From Vitrella brassicaformis CCMP3155 (lineage: Eukaryota > Protista > Chromerida): a DNA stretch of 64,000 bases. Where the stretch lies: NCBI GenBank assembly GCA_001179505.1, contig CDMY01000061.1, positions 1-64,000 of the forward strand, read 5' to 3'. Below the pieces are notes generated by a model, which was not told the origin of the DNA, ran no database searches, and saw only the letters and a list, made by a program, of their open reading frames with translations. Shown here one piece after another: positions 24,051 through 36,941 of the stretch. Position numbers and translations under genes: made by a program. Within the stretch, counting starts at the first letter, position 1, and every line of letters starts with the position of its first letter.

Positions 24051-24141
24051 ACTTAACACGTGAAGCCTTCCTTCTCCCGCTCTCTGCCGGCGCACCTTAC
24101 CTTTTTCTCCTCGACAACTAGCTGGCTTGGTTGCTTAGTGG

Positions 24142-27100
24142 CTATGAGGCGGTGGCGGCGCCGCCCTCCTTGTCCCTCTGGTTCCATATGTAGACACCGC
24201 TCGACGCCTCCAGCCGCAGCCCGCGACGCCCAAACGCACAGTCCAAACTCTTCACCAAAGCCGGCAGACCAGCACCAGCACCACCACCACCACCAGCACC
24301 ACCACCCTCACACAAACCGACACCAGCACCAGCAGGTGCGGGGGGGTACGCCACACTGCCGGTGGTGCTCTCGGCCGGCCGGGTGCGAATGTACGGTGGC
24401 CGCCCGGAGGCCGCGTTGATCGCGGGGGGCAGTCTGACAGGGTCGGGCAGCAGCAGGTTGGGGGTGTGGCGCGTCCGCGAGGCTGACGAGAACACGCGAC
24501 GGGCGTGTGGCGGCGGCTGTTGGTGTGTGGGTACTGCGGGGGCGACGGGTGAGGGTGAGGGTGAGGGAGTGGGCAGGGGCGGGGAGGGGGGCAGCGGCAT
24601 CGGCGCGTCCTCGTCGTGGACTGTCACGTAGTACAGCCCCACCTGTGTGAGGCTGGGGCACTTCTTGACCAGCTGCTGCGCCGCCACACGCCCCACCCAC
24701 GCAGCCATCGACGCACCCAAAGGCGCGCCCTTGCCGGGGGAGAGGGCGCTGGCCACAGCGACGGACGGGCCGCTGCCGTCGCTGCCGCACACAATGTGGA
24801 GACGCTGCAGCCGACACTGGTCGTGGTCCTCCTGGCTCTCCGGCGGTGTGTGTGATGTGGGGAATGGCGTGCTGATGTCGGTGGTCGGGGCGGTGCTGCT
24901 GGCGAGTGCCAGGTGTGTGAGGATGGGCGACGGGAAGTGTGGGACGGCCAGCACCAGGGACTCCAGGCCTCTCAACGTCGACGGACGGAGACCTGTTCGA
25001 TCGACACCATCCATATGTACATATCCGCCATCCATTTTGCCCTGCCCATCTGATCTGCGTACATACCTCTGATGAGCCACAGTGGCCAGTCGAAGTCCCC
25101 CTCCCCGCCCTCTTGCGTGAGTGACAGGTGCCTCAGAGAGGCATGCAGGCGCCTAACCCACCCCATGTGGACCTCCAGGGTGTCGCCGCTCGTGTGGCGG
25201 AACAGCCTGTAGGCCATGGCGGTCTGCGGGATGGGCTCGCTCTGCTCGAGCATCTCCAGCTCCTGCAGGTCGTCACACGTGAAGCCCGGCGCCATCAGCA
25301 GGAAGGGCGGCACCTGGCAACGCGCAATCCAACGCAGAGTGCGGAGGGAGGGGAATGGGAGGGAGGGCAGGGCCGGGGAGGGGTGCGGCGAGGGCTGCAG
25401 AGAGAGAGCACAGGCAGAGAGGCGTCGCGTGGGTGTCTTGTGTTGTGTGGCTGTCTGGTCTGTCTGACTGACTGACCGAGAGAATGTCGCATCCCAGCGT
25501 GACGTCCGTCAGCGTGAGATGGTGCTGGCTCAGCAGCTGATGCACGCCCTCCACAGCCATCGGCAGGCGCGACAGCCGACACACACGCAGCTGCTGCCGC
25601 CGCATCGCTCCCACCAGCCCGCCCACGTTCAGCGTCCCCGCAGCGTCATTCAAATCCAGCTGGAGCTCACTCAGGCTCGGCAGCGACAAACACGGCTGCT
25701 CGCACTGCTGCCGCTGCTGCAGCTGCTGCTTCGGCCGCCTGTGGAAGCACCTGTGCGGGCCGACAAAGCGGAAAGCGGCATAGCGATCGAAGTGCACCGA
25801 GTGCGGGTGCGGGAGCTGTCGCAGCCTGAGTGAGTGGAGGGCGGGGAAGGCGACCGACGGGAAGGCCGGGAGGGGCTGGGGGTGATGGTGCTGAGGGTGA
25901 TGGTTAAGGTGGCTGTGGGGGTGTGCGGCGCAGAGGTTTGGTGATGCGAGGCTGATGTCTTTGAGTGTGGCGGCGTTGGCGGGGTCGGCCAGCCAGGAGA
26001 AGACCACCGTCAGGTCCAACACGGCCTCCAGGTGAACCACCTGCGGTCAACAACACAACACAGCACAGCCCAACACCAGTCAATCGCCGACCTAATGATA
26101 TGATGCAGAGCGGGGCGGCCCGCTCTCTCGTGTGTCTATCTGTCTGTCTGACGCGGCGCACCGCACCTTACCTGTAGGGATCTGAAGTGGACTTGTTGGA
26201 AGTTGACGGTGATGAGTCGCGGCGGGCACAGCGCCGATCGCGCCGCACCCGCCTTGAGCAGCTGGCTGCCGCTACTGGCACCTCCCTCGTCAAGGCCCTG
26301 GTGGTAGTGGTGGTGTTGGGTGCGATCCACGCCTCCGATCTGCAGGTGGGTCAGCTTGACGCAGCTGAGCCCCGAGTGCATCACCACCACCGCACCACTA
26401 CTCGACGATGCCGACTGCGATTGCGATCCGCCGTATGCAGCGGTGGCTCCCGGCATGTCGTGGTTGGTCACGGTGAGTCGCTCCAGCATGGGCAGCGGCA
26501 GGCCGGGCAGATGCAGCACCACACCCTTCCCTACCGCCTTGCTGGTGGTGGCGGTAGTCCTGCTCACTGTGTGTGGTGGTGCTGTCGTCGCACTGTTGTT
26601 GGCGCTGATGCCTGCTGTGGCAGGATCGCGCCGCAGGGAGAGCACCACGCGCACGTCGCGCAGGCTGCGTGCGTTCTGCTCGATGATCTTCTCGATGAGG
26701 GATGGCGGCAGCGGGGCGCACACGGACAGCACCTCCAGTCGCACAAAGCTGCCCAAAGTCGCATACAGTGCTGGCAGGGCGGGGGCGGGGAGGGGTAACA
26801 GGGCGGCTGTGCTGGTGCTGGTGCTGGCCTTGGTGGTCTGGTGCGATGGAGATGTGTCGGATGGGGGTTTCTCCGTTGTTGTCAGGAGCTCGTGTGTGCC
26901 CCCGATCTGCAGGCTGGTAGTGGCGATGGCTCGTGAGACGGGTCGGAGTGCAGGAGTGGGTGAGGTAGAGGGTGAGAATGAGCATGGCGCAGGTGAGTGT
27001 CGGTAGTAGGTGACGGGTGGGCGGAAGATGAACCGTCTGGCCAGGGGCAGCCGGGCGGTGAAGCGGCTCAGGGCACTCGACGACGGCACGTGCAGACTCG

Positions 27101-27412
27101 GCGACTGCACGCAACACTCATCCCAGTACCTGACAGACACATGACATGAGAGACCCGGCCCGAACACACACCATATCGACGTCTGTGTATTCCGTTTGTC
27201 TGTCGTTTTGCCTCTCTCTCCCACCTGTTGACGCGGCAGAGGTTGAGCGTGTCTTGAGAGGACAGGAAGGGCAGAAGCTCGTGACTGAAGAGGGCTGGTG
27301 GGATCGCCGACAGCGCACTCACGCCCTCGCCGACGCTCACACCGGGCTCGGCGAAGCTCACGGGCACGGGACACTGCTGCTGCTGCTGCTGATATTGCTG
27401 CTGGCGGCTCAT
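24142..27412 (-). CDS. F-box / leucine-rich-repeat (RNI-like) protein with low-complexity inserts
   Basis: N-terminal F-box-like LSAIPPALFSHELLPFLSSQDTLNLCRVNR|YW, then LRR-like units (LGSFVRLEVLSV, ARSLRDVRV, LPMLERLTV, CVKLTHLQI, FPALHSLRL, LPSLSELQL, CPSLTQVGL). ATG 27412, stop TAG 24142-24144. Confidence 0.75.
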
Positions 27413-27656
27413 GCGTTGAAGGGGAAGATTACCTCTCTTCTGCTCCGATTCGCATGGCGCCCTCCGTCGCTCTCTCGGGACCATTTCTGCTTCTCCAAGG
27501 TCTCCAAGTCAACCAGAACAGAGCCGTTAGCCGCGCCTTATTTCCTCTCGTCAGTCAGTGCAGTGCCATTGTCGTCACACGAGAGAGCCGAGATGAGATA
27601 GCAGGTTGAATGAATGCAGCGAGAGGGAAGGCCAGGTCAGAGACGGACAAGGAAGA

Positions 27657-28579
27657 ATGCAGGCGGTGAGGGGGTGCGGGCGGTGCGCGAGGCTGCTGAC
27701 ACTCAGATCTGTTCTGCATCCCCGTTTGGTGGCATTACCAAAGGCCGATGTGGGGGAGAACAGCGTGAGAACGCCCGCACCACTGCGAGCTTAGGGGAGA
27801 GGTCTCGAGAGGTGAGCTCGCGCATGCGCGAGGGCTGTGCGTGACAAGGTAACGGTGTAACGGCATTCTTCACATCACTTTGTCTACATGCATTCATCAC
27901 GCACATGTGTGGTGTCTGCCTCAGGTCCTTCGTAACTCAAGCGGGAGATCTCGCACGTCAAGCAGCGGCGGGTCGGGTGAATCAGATGCCTTCATACTCA
28001 AAGCTCTTCACGGGCTTCTTCCGTCGCCTCGATTTCTATGAGTTTGCTCAACAGGCAAGTACCGTGCGCAGACAAACCATGCCGCGCGAGTACCTAATCC
28101 CTCTCTATCTGCCCGTCCGTATGCAGGAGCGTCGCGTAGCGCGAGCCATTGCGTATCAGAAGCCGCCGACTTCCATGCTCACAGGTATGTTTGTTTGTTT
28201 GTTTGTTTGGCCGATCCATCTTCTTGACGGACGAGTGATTTAGGCTGTCTGTCCGTTCGGCCATCTTGTCTGTCTGCTTTGTTTGTCACGTGGACTCATT
28301 CATTCATTCATTCATCAGGGTGGCAGACCTTCTATCGTCAGGGAGAGAGGGCCATCGAGAAGGCGGAACGGGTGAGAGAGCTTGGGAGGTGCACACATTG
28401 GGAGGTGCACACATGACATGTGACGTGCACAGTGTTGTGTGCCGTGTGTTGTCGTCTGTGTGTGGGGACAGTCGTATGTGTACCGGCCACCAGTTGAGCG
28501 TGAGATGAAGTCGGCGGTGCTCATGAAGCTCAAGTACAAGCAGTACCCATACACACCCGCTGCAGCCGGGAAGAAGTAG
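27657..28579 (+). CDS. small basic hypothetical protein, possibly mitochondrial; 5' exons uncertain
   Basis: Exons splice in frame to ...MPSYSKLFTGFFRRLDFYEFAQQ|ERRVARAIAYQKPPTSMLT|GWQTFYRQGERAIEKAER|SYVYRPPVEREMKSAVLMKLKYKQYPYTPAAAGKK* (TAG 28577-28579). The link to the candidate start (MQAVRGCGRCARLLTLRS, 27657) could not be closed. Confidence 0.6.
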
Positions 28580-29473
28580 CTGCGATGAGTGCAGTGGGTG
28601 TGATGCTCATTTCCTTCCTTTCCTTGCCTGCCTTGTCTGACTTGTGAGCAGCAGTTTTGTCTCCCTCTGTCTGTCTGTCTGTCTGTCTGTCCTTTTTTCT
28701 GTCGGTCGGTCACTCTGTTACTTAGAAGTGAAGGGGTGGAAGAGAGAGTCGATTTGCGATGTGGGTTGGTCTGTATTGTATACCTTCCTGGATCGGCCGA
28801 TGGCTGGATGTGAGTGATGTACCATAGCTATCTATCTGTCAACCATCAGCAACTGTATGTATGTATGTCTGTATGTATTTGTATACTTACGTGTACGTAT
28901 GCATTAGTATGTTTATATAGACTGTGGATGGATGGATGGATGGATGGCCTGGACACAGTCAGAATGCTCTAGCTAGCGCTCATGACATACATGACGCAGT
29001 GAGTGAATCAACTGACGAATGAAATGCTTATTCATTCGTCGTGGGGGGGGGGAGGGGGGCGGCCGTGTCTCTTTTTGTACGGTGGGTGCCTGAGTGTGTG
29101 TGTGTTTGTGAATCTGTATGTCTGGTGTTCGTTCGCATGGTGTGCAATGGGTGGATTGACATCCGTTTATATACATACATACATGCATACATGTTGAAGC
29201 ACTGTCTGTCTGTCTGACGTACAGAGGTAGTACTAGTATCGATCGAAGTCCCCCCGCCATGCCCCTTCCCGAGGGTGTCTACTGTCCGTCCTTCCGTCCG
29301 TCAGCCAGCCAGCCAGCCAGCCAGCCAAAAACACGAGTCAGCCGATCTACACATACATACACACGGCAAGTGTGACTCAGAGACACAATTAATTAAACAT
29401 GTATGTATACCGGAGTAGCCACATCCATCTGCACACGTGGGGGACGTACGTTCATGTGACTACCGATCAGCGG

Positions 29474-30313
29474 CTACGATACAGACACACCGAGGAGGGG
29501 CACCTCGCACTTGGTGCGGGACCAGCCACGTTGCATGTCCGCCCACTCCGCCCCGCAGTAATCCCCCCACACCTTGCCCTTCTGCATAGTGCCGGGGAAG
29601 TACTCGTATCCGGCCTACACGCACACACGAGTCACACACGCGCACACACCCCAGGCGATGCAGCGTGCCGTGTGCAGTGGCTCACCGCATAGGAGCCGGT
29701 GCTGGTGGACATGGCGGGAAACAGACAACAGCAGTTGTCAAGGGGGCAGTTGCAGGTTGCTTTAATGGGGCCGCTGTCGATTGACGAGGCCATTGTGTGC
29801 TGGCCAATCTCGGGATACTCGCTGGGCGAGTAGGGCTGGGGGAAAACCTCATCCCCCGCCTTCAAATAACACACTGCAACGCATACACACACACACATTC
29901 TCCCATACTGCGCTCTCTCTGTCTGTGCCTTGCTCACGATATCCCCCCATGAAGGGACCTGCCATGCGCACGCGCACACACACACACACACACACACACA
30001 TGCACACAGCTCAGAATGCACCTAGCTCCGCTTCCCTCTGCACTGTCCACTGTCTCAGTTTGGTTACCTTCCAGGTTTGTGTTGTGAGCTTTGGTGGCCT
30101 TGTCCTCCACAAAGGAGGTGCTGCAAGCCCCTGCAGCACAGCAAAGGCGGGAGGAGAGCGGAGATCTGCCTTCTTGTTTGTGTCGGACCTACCATTGCTG
30201 TCTATCTCGGACGGCGTGTTACAGCATGCCCCCATGCCCGCATCGCGGATGCATTCACCTGCGGCCCCGCTCAAAGCAGCGGAGAGGACGAGCGCAGCCG
30301 CAAATGCCAACAT
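29474..30313 (-). CDS. small secreted cysteine-rich hypothetical protein
   Basis: Signal-peptide-like MLAFAAALVLSAALSGA then CIRDAGMGACC; later exons CNCPLDNCCC and AGYEYFPGTMQKGKVWGDYCGAEWADMQRGWSRTKCEVPLLGVSVS*. One splice phase was not resolved by eye. Confidence 0.55.
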
Positions 30314-30724
30314 GATGACGATTCCCCCCTCGTATATCCTGGCCACATGCAAACTGGGGGCTGTGGGCCTGCCCGACTTGGGTCTTTTCTTCAGAGTCGT
30401 AGCCATGTTTGGCGGTGGCCTGTTGTGCCGTCCACCTCCACTGCAGCACGGCCCTTTATTGCCCGCCCCGCCTCCCCCCAGGCGGACAACCCTCTTCACA
30501 CCCAGGCGAACTCCCACAAGTGCCACGCCTCACCGTGGCCGCATCAATGGGGAGAGAAGTGCCACGGTGCATATGGTGCCACTGAGATCAGCCTGGCCAT
30601 TGGGGATGTCGACGTCAGCGCCGCCGCGGCCGCAAATCATGACTGGTCAGTCTCTTCAGAATCCTGCTCGTTTGCATGGGCATGTGTGTGTGTGTGTGCA
30701 GGAGGGTCGGAGAAGTGCATTACG

Positions 30725-33323
30725 ATGCCTTGTCACGCTTCAGTCGCCTTCGCTGCTGCTGCTGCTTCCCATTTCGGTCACCCGCATCGGGCCTTCGCCC
30801 CTGTTGCAACGCGCCCCTCCCCCATGAACCCCCGAGCGACTCTCCCACGGCCTCCGCCTCCATCGCCGCCGCCCCCTCCCCCACCCCCTGCAGTGGTGCA
30901 CGTCACCCCTCCAGCACAACACGACCCCGACCAAGGCTGCCCCACCTCTGTCACACAGATATACGCAACCAGGGTATCTCGTCACGTCTCCGGCCCTTCG
31001 CAGCCATCAGCTCCCGCCGCGCAGACCTCTAGTATGTCTGTGGACTGCGAGCGGACCAAGAAGGACAAGGACGATGGCAGGGGGCTGGGAGTCTCGGAGA
31101 TATCCACGAGTATGCGTGGGTCTGATAGGAGCAGCGCGCCGCCGCCGTATGTGTCTCTGGAGGGTGCGGGGAGTGGTCCACATGGTGTTCTTGGGGGTGG
31201 CGATGAGGCGGGTCTGCCGTCGAGGGACGTGGAAGATCTGATGGAGAGGTTAAGGGGGCAGGGGCGGGTGGTGTGGACGGAAGAGCTCGTCGGACACCTC
31301 GGTATGTCCGCATACCACCACTCGGCACATTGATCTCTTCCTGCTCTGTTGTGTGCTCAGAGCGGCTGTTCGAGTCAGTGCGATGCCTCGAGACCGCCTG
31401 TGTGGAGGAAATGAAAGGCACGGACACCAGTGTTGGGCCACTGCAGCATGCACAACATTCGCCCTTCTCCCCTTGTGTTGTGCAGGTCGTCAGAAGGCGC
31501 AGACTGAGGTGGAGAACCTGACGCGATCCGTCACCCACCTCATCGAAGAGAACCAACGTAATTTACAACGCACGCCCCTGGCCATCCCTACATTGGTGCA
31601 CTATCCCTTCGTCTGCGTCTCTGTCTCTTCAGAGATCCGTTTCCTTTACACGAACCTCTACGACCAGTTCCAGTCAATGGGCGGCATCTTATCCAACCTC
31701 AGCAGCAACAACAACAACAACAGCAACAACACATCGTCACCATCACACCAACAGCAAGACGTCCCCAGACAGCAAGAGCTTGACCATGGCCATGACCATG
31801 ATGACGGGGAGCATCCTGGCGGTCGTGGCTTCCAGTGGTCCCGCATCTCCCGTGACACCCTCCCCGCCCCTGACAACCCCATCCCAGCCATGCCTGACAT
31901 CCACGTCATCACAGAGGCCGCCGTGGAGGAAGAGACACACGAAATGGCCCATCGCCCGCCTCAGCAGGAGCCGCCCATCACTGATGCCAACAAGACGCCA
32001 GTGGTGCCGGTGGGCCGGGCAATGCCTGAGCCCGACACCAATGAGGGAGAGGGAGAGGAACAGGGCGAGGGGGAGGGGGCCCCTGGTGGCAAGGAGATGG
32101 GAGGGGAGACAGACATGGACAGTGGAGTCAGGGCTGCGGTGCAGGCAAGCAAAGGGCGAGTGAATGGGCGGGCTGGTGTGAGTGTGTGTGTGTGTGTGTC
32201 TCTGTGTGTGTGTGTGTGTTTGGCACTGCAGGTGTTGCAGTCTGCTCGGCAGGGTTTGGTCTGGGTGCGCGACAAGGATGTCAAGGCCTTGGGAGACACG
32301 CAGGACCCACCCTTCCCTCTGTGCCTGCTCATACAAGTCAGTGTGTGGCTGCCAAGAGGCACATTTTTTTCATGTCGGTGTGAATGCCTGTCTGCTCTTC
32401 TTATGTGTGCAGGCGATATGTTTGTTGCTCAACAGCCAGATGAAGGGCCGCCGCGCGAGGCTCCCCAGGATGCAGCTCACAGACACACCATTCCACGCCA
32501 GAGTCAGCCACCCCACCCCACCCACCTACCGGCACACACATCAGGCCGATCCGATCGATCCACTCCATGGCCATGGTTGTCTGTAGCACGTGTGGCTGAT
32601 GCCGTGGGTGCGTGCGTGGAGGCACATGATGCAGGCGCGCACCTCGCCCTTCTCTGACACTCTGCTCGCTGTCAATGCGGTCAGTCAGGAAGGCAGTGAC
32701 CCAGGAAACACGACACACATCACACGCATCCTTTGCTTGAGATAGTGGATGTAATTATTGTATGTATTATGCATGCATGCAGGATGTGATTGACACCGCG
32801 CTGGCGCAAAAGGTAGACAGGCTGGTCGGCAAGGCCGCCAAACTGTCACAGGCAAGCTGAGCCGAGGCCCTGGGGGTGAATGGAGATCGAATGTTCCTTC
32901 AACCACCCATCGTGTCTCGCCCGCCTCATCTGTGTCTCTCTCTGTCTGTGCATTCCTTTTTTTGCAGCAATGGCGTGACTTGCCCATATGTGCCACGCGC
33001 CTCGGCAGATGGGCGCAGTAAGTAGCACGTACAACACTAACCACACATGTCAGTCAGTCAACACACGAACCTTCTTTGCGTGTGTCTTGCGTGTGTACTC
33101 ATACAGGGCCGTGGTTAACTACCGCCTGAGCACCACAGGCGGCAGGGGCCCCCCTGCCCCGCCACCGACGCTCTCTGCTGCGGCTGCCGTCGCACCCGTG
33201 CCATCAGCGGGTGGCCCACTGCTGACCGACCGCCCCACGTCGAGGGCGAGGAGACCACCACCGCTACCACACACGAAGGACACAGCAGCGAGGGGCGTCG
33301 GTGTGCCACTGTCGGCACGCTAA
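30725..33323 (+). CDS. hypothetical low-complexity protein with short coiled-coil; ends uncertain
   Basis: Long Pro-rich exon, then ERLFESVRCLETACVEEMK, RQKAQTEVENLTRSVTHLIEENQ and EIRFLYTNLYDQFQSM (heptad-like) exons with GT-AG borders. The last exon at 33108-33323 is only tentatively linked. Confidence 0.5.
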
Positions 33324-33810
33324 ATAGACGGATAGATAGAGATGGATAGAGTAGATAGATGCTAACATGGCTTAGGCAGGGAGGGGAGGGATGGGCGGCA
33401 GATCGATGAGACGAATGGGAGAGAAAGGGTCCGGGTGTGTGTGGCTATATGTAGTGAGTGTGTGTGGCTGGGATACACACAATTTGTGTTGACGCATGCG
33501 CATGGCGCACGGACCTGTGTGTGTGTGTGTGTGTGTGTATGGGCGTTGAATTAATTGTCATACCGTCGAGGGACCAAGCCGGCCCATGCATCCATCCATC
33601 TGAGCAATGGGTCCCTCCCTCCGAGCTGAGCTCCCTTTCCCATCTATCTGTCTGTCTACGGACGTCTGTCAATCGGCCGAGCAAGCTAGCTAGATGTACA
33701 CTCCCGCACACACAACGGGAAAATACGATAGATACGTCATGAGTGCACACAGCAGGGGAGTGCATGTGCAGCATGCTGCACTCCTCTGCACTGCACACCC
33801 TCCATCATCC

Positions 33811-36796
33811 TCAATCATCTGTGTCCATCTCCACCGCCTCCTCTCCTCCCCACCGGCGGTTGGTGCTCGTGGCCGCCGCCACCTTGCCCTTGAGCTTCCC
33901 CACGCCCCTCATGCTGCTGCCGTGCCCCCCGCCGCCGCCCTTGCGCTTGGACACCGATGGCAGCACCATGCGATGCTCGCCGTCAGTGCTGGAGCTGGTG
34001 CTGTTGTTGTTGTTGTTGTTGAGTTTGGCCATGAGTGCCTTGATGTTGGCGGTGCGATTGCTGGGCGGCTGCGGGAAGTAGGCCATCGAGCGCAGGGAGC
34101 GGGGCTGGTTGAGAGGACAGACAGACAGACAGATATAATGCAGAAAGGTGTGTATGTGTATGTGTGTGTGTGCGTGGATTGGATGGTGTTGTGGTGTGTT
34201 GTCGCGTCAGTCAGTCATTCCCCCACCCACCTTTGTGCTGGTGTGCGTGTGCGGGGCAGCAGGTGGCGACTCGAGGTCCATCAGACGGTGGGGCCTGCAC
34301 AACATACATAACCCAACAAAGCACATACATACCCATCCATCATGGGCCACCTACCGTTTGGGCGAGTTCTGGTGGTGCTGTTCTCCTCTGTCGGAGGGGA
34401 CGCCGCTGTCCACCCGCACGACACAGGCCTCCACCACGCCCACAGTGCCGTCGACGTGCAGCGGCTCACTCACAGGCACACCCTCACACAGAGCACCCTC
34501 ACACACACTCCCAGCACCTGATTGATTGCAGACAGACATCCAGACGTACGTACCAGCATTCACGTGGATGAGCTGAGTGAGTGGGAGCTATCTATCGGTG
34601 TGTCTGTCTGTTTGTGCTCTTGCTGCTCTTGCTTGCGGTTGGCTGACCATCTTGCGCCGATCCCACGTCCGCCATTTGGTCGTCACCGTCGTCAGTATCG
34701 GGCGACTTGAGCTTCCCCTCCACACCGTCGGCACCCCTGCTCAGCACCACACACCGCACACAGAGCAAACGGATACATCCCTGCCTGCCTCCGTCTGTGT
34801 TCACAGCAAGGCTTACTTGTCCTTCTTGCTGCGATTTTCTCTTCCTTTGCCTTTGCCTTTGCCCTTGCCCTTGCCCCTTCTGTTCATCAGGACGCCCCTG
34901 CCGGTGTCCCGTCGAGTCTTGCTGATCGTCCGCTGCATCACCTGACGGTACGTCTCGCCCAGCGGCGGCTCGTCGTCATACCCGTCCCGCATCATGTCGG
35001 TCTGGGAGGGCATGTCAATCTGCGGCTGCGGCAGCTCGGCAGCTGAGGGGTCCAGGGGGGGAGGGAGGGGGAGATCCGCACTCACCGAGGCCACGATGGC
35101 GCACACAACCGTGACTGACAGACAGACCGACATACCGACAGAGGGGAGGTGAGAGAGAGCCATTCATGAGCATGGCTCCTTCCATTTGTGTATCATCTCT
35201 CCCTCCCTCCTTCCCTCCCTCCCTCCCTCCCTTGCTCTGTTTAAGCCTTTTCCTTACTGTCATCGATTTTGCCGCCCTGCTGCTTGAAGTTCCTGAGCCG
35301 GTGTGCGGGCAGCTCCTCTCTGCCTTTGTCGCGGAACGGCGTGCGGAAGAAGGGGCACACACTCGACACGAAGGCGGCATGGCAGATCTTCTGGGCGTAG
35401 TCCGCCGGGCTGCCAGGGGCAGGCGTCTCCATGTGATCCATGCGGGCGACCGAGTTGATGAGAGACGTGACCTCGCGCTCGTAGAGGTTGTCCCACACGC
35501 CGTCGGACGCTGCCACGATGATGTCTCCCTCCTGCAGGGGGATGTCCTCACGACTGACGTAGCGGTGGAGCCCCTCGAGGGTGCGGGGGGAGACTGCACC
35601 GACACACACACACACACACACATCCATTCACAGGATCGTGTGTGTGGTGTGGTGTGGTGTGAAGTGGTGCGTTCCTCGCTTACAGAGCATGGGTTGGTCG
35701 AGGACTAGGTCATCGTCCTCATCGACGTCGTAGAGCCTGCCTATCTGATGGGGAGTGTTGAACCTGTCCACCGCACGCACACACACACAGGAATTGTGCC
35801 CGCCCCACTGCCCCCCTTCATCCATATATATTTTTGTGTGCTGCATTGCATGCTCTCTCTCACCCACCCACCCGCTGCAGCCGGCTGGCGAGAGGTAGAT
35901 GAGGTTGTATCTGTCTTGGTCCTTGCCGTTGCCGCGACGCCACACGCCGATGAGGGAGTCGCCACACACACACACGCTCAGGATGTTGGGATGAACCAAC
36001 GCGCCGATCACTGCATATATCAAAGAACAGCAGACAAAAGGACAAAGGGACGACAGACAAGAAACATGAGTGACAGAGGGCATATGTGTGTGTGCGTGTC
36101 TTGGTGCCTGTGTCATCTACCGGCCGTGGAGGCGCCCTTCTTGTCCGTCGAGCGCGTCAACATCTGTTCCCACCCACCCTCCAACACCCTGCATGACGAC
36201 CACACAGCACACACACAGAACACCCACACAACACACACACACACACCAGGAATACCCTTTGTATGAGTGATTTTCTCGTTCTGTGACTCACTTGAGCGCG
36301 CGATGGTGTGTGCTGTCGTCTATGTGCTGTGTTTCCGCCATGCAGTGTTGCGCCAGACACCGGGCAAACGCCTGAGAGTCACACGGACCTCTCACACCAC
36401 CTGCACACACAAGCAGCCAACAAACATGCAACACATTGAATGCATTGCAACAAACAAACACCCGAGCAGCCAGCCCCATTGACTCGCCCGCCTCACATGC
36501 ATCTGCCCATGCATGCAGCTAGCTTCTCCCATCCATCCCTGGCCGTGTATGGTCTGCTTACCAACACCGTCGAAGACGCCCAGCCCATCACACCGTCCAT
36601 AGAATGCATCCTGGCAGCTTACATAGCCGTTTTTGGACAGCTGCCGCGCCGCTGTGTTGAATTGGAGTCGTGTTTTCCCGACGGAGGGAGGCGGCGGCAG
36701 GGTGGGCGATGGGTCTGACGGCTGGGCTGGCGAACTGGCATCAGGGTGGTGGCGCTGCGCCTCGGATGAGGACGCGTGCAGTGCACACTGCGGCAT
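33811..36796 (-). CDS. PP2C/PPM phosphatase, PTC7-like, with long disordered C-terminal extension
   Basis: SCQDAFY..LGVFDGVG, GDSLIGV, FNTPHQIG, GDIIVAASDGVWDNL, GGKIDD|xTVVCAIV: the ordered PTC7-type motif set. The tail has (GK)n and poly-N tracts; stop at 33811-33813. Confidence 0.88.
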
Positions 36797-36941
36797 TCAG
36801 ACGGAAGGCTATCTCACAGAGTGTGTGTAACGATGAATGCGGCTCTGCGGAGTGGAATGGCAGAACCGAACGACGGCTGCCGTTTCCTCTTCACCGCGAG
36901 CTTTTCACGCAGATCTGGGACACGATGGATGTGGTCTCCAA
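36797..36941. promoter_or_regulatory. putative bidirectional promoter (PP2C <- -> UbiA)
   Basis: 145 bp between divergent ATGs at 36796 and 36942. Confidence 0.55.

Noticed and set aside
17400-24100. Dozens of 60-200 aa ORFs in the ORF track
   Set aside because: They are translations of microsatellites (THTH, VCVC, DRQT, GWMD repeats) with no domain-like sequence or consistent exon chain.
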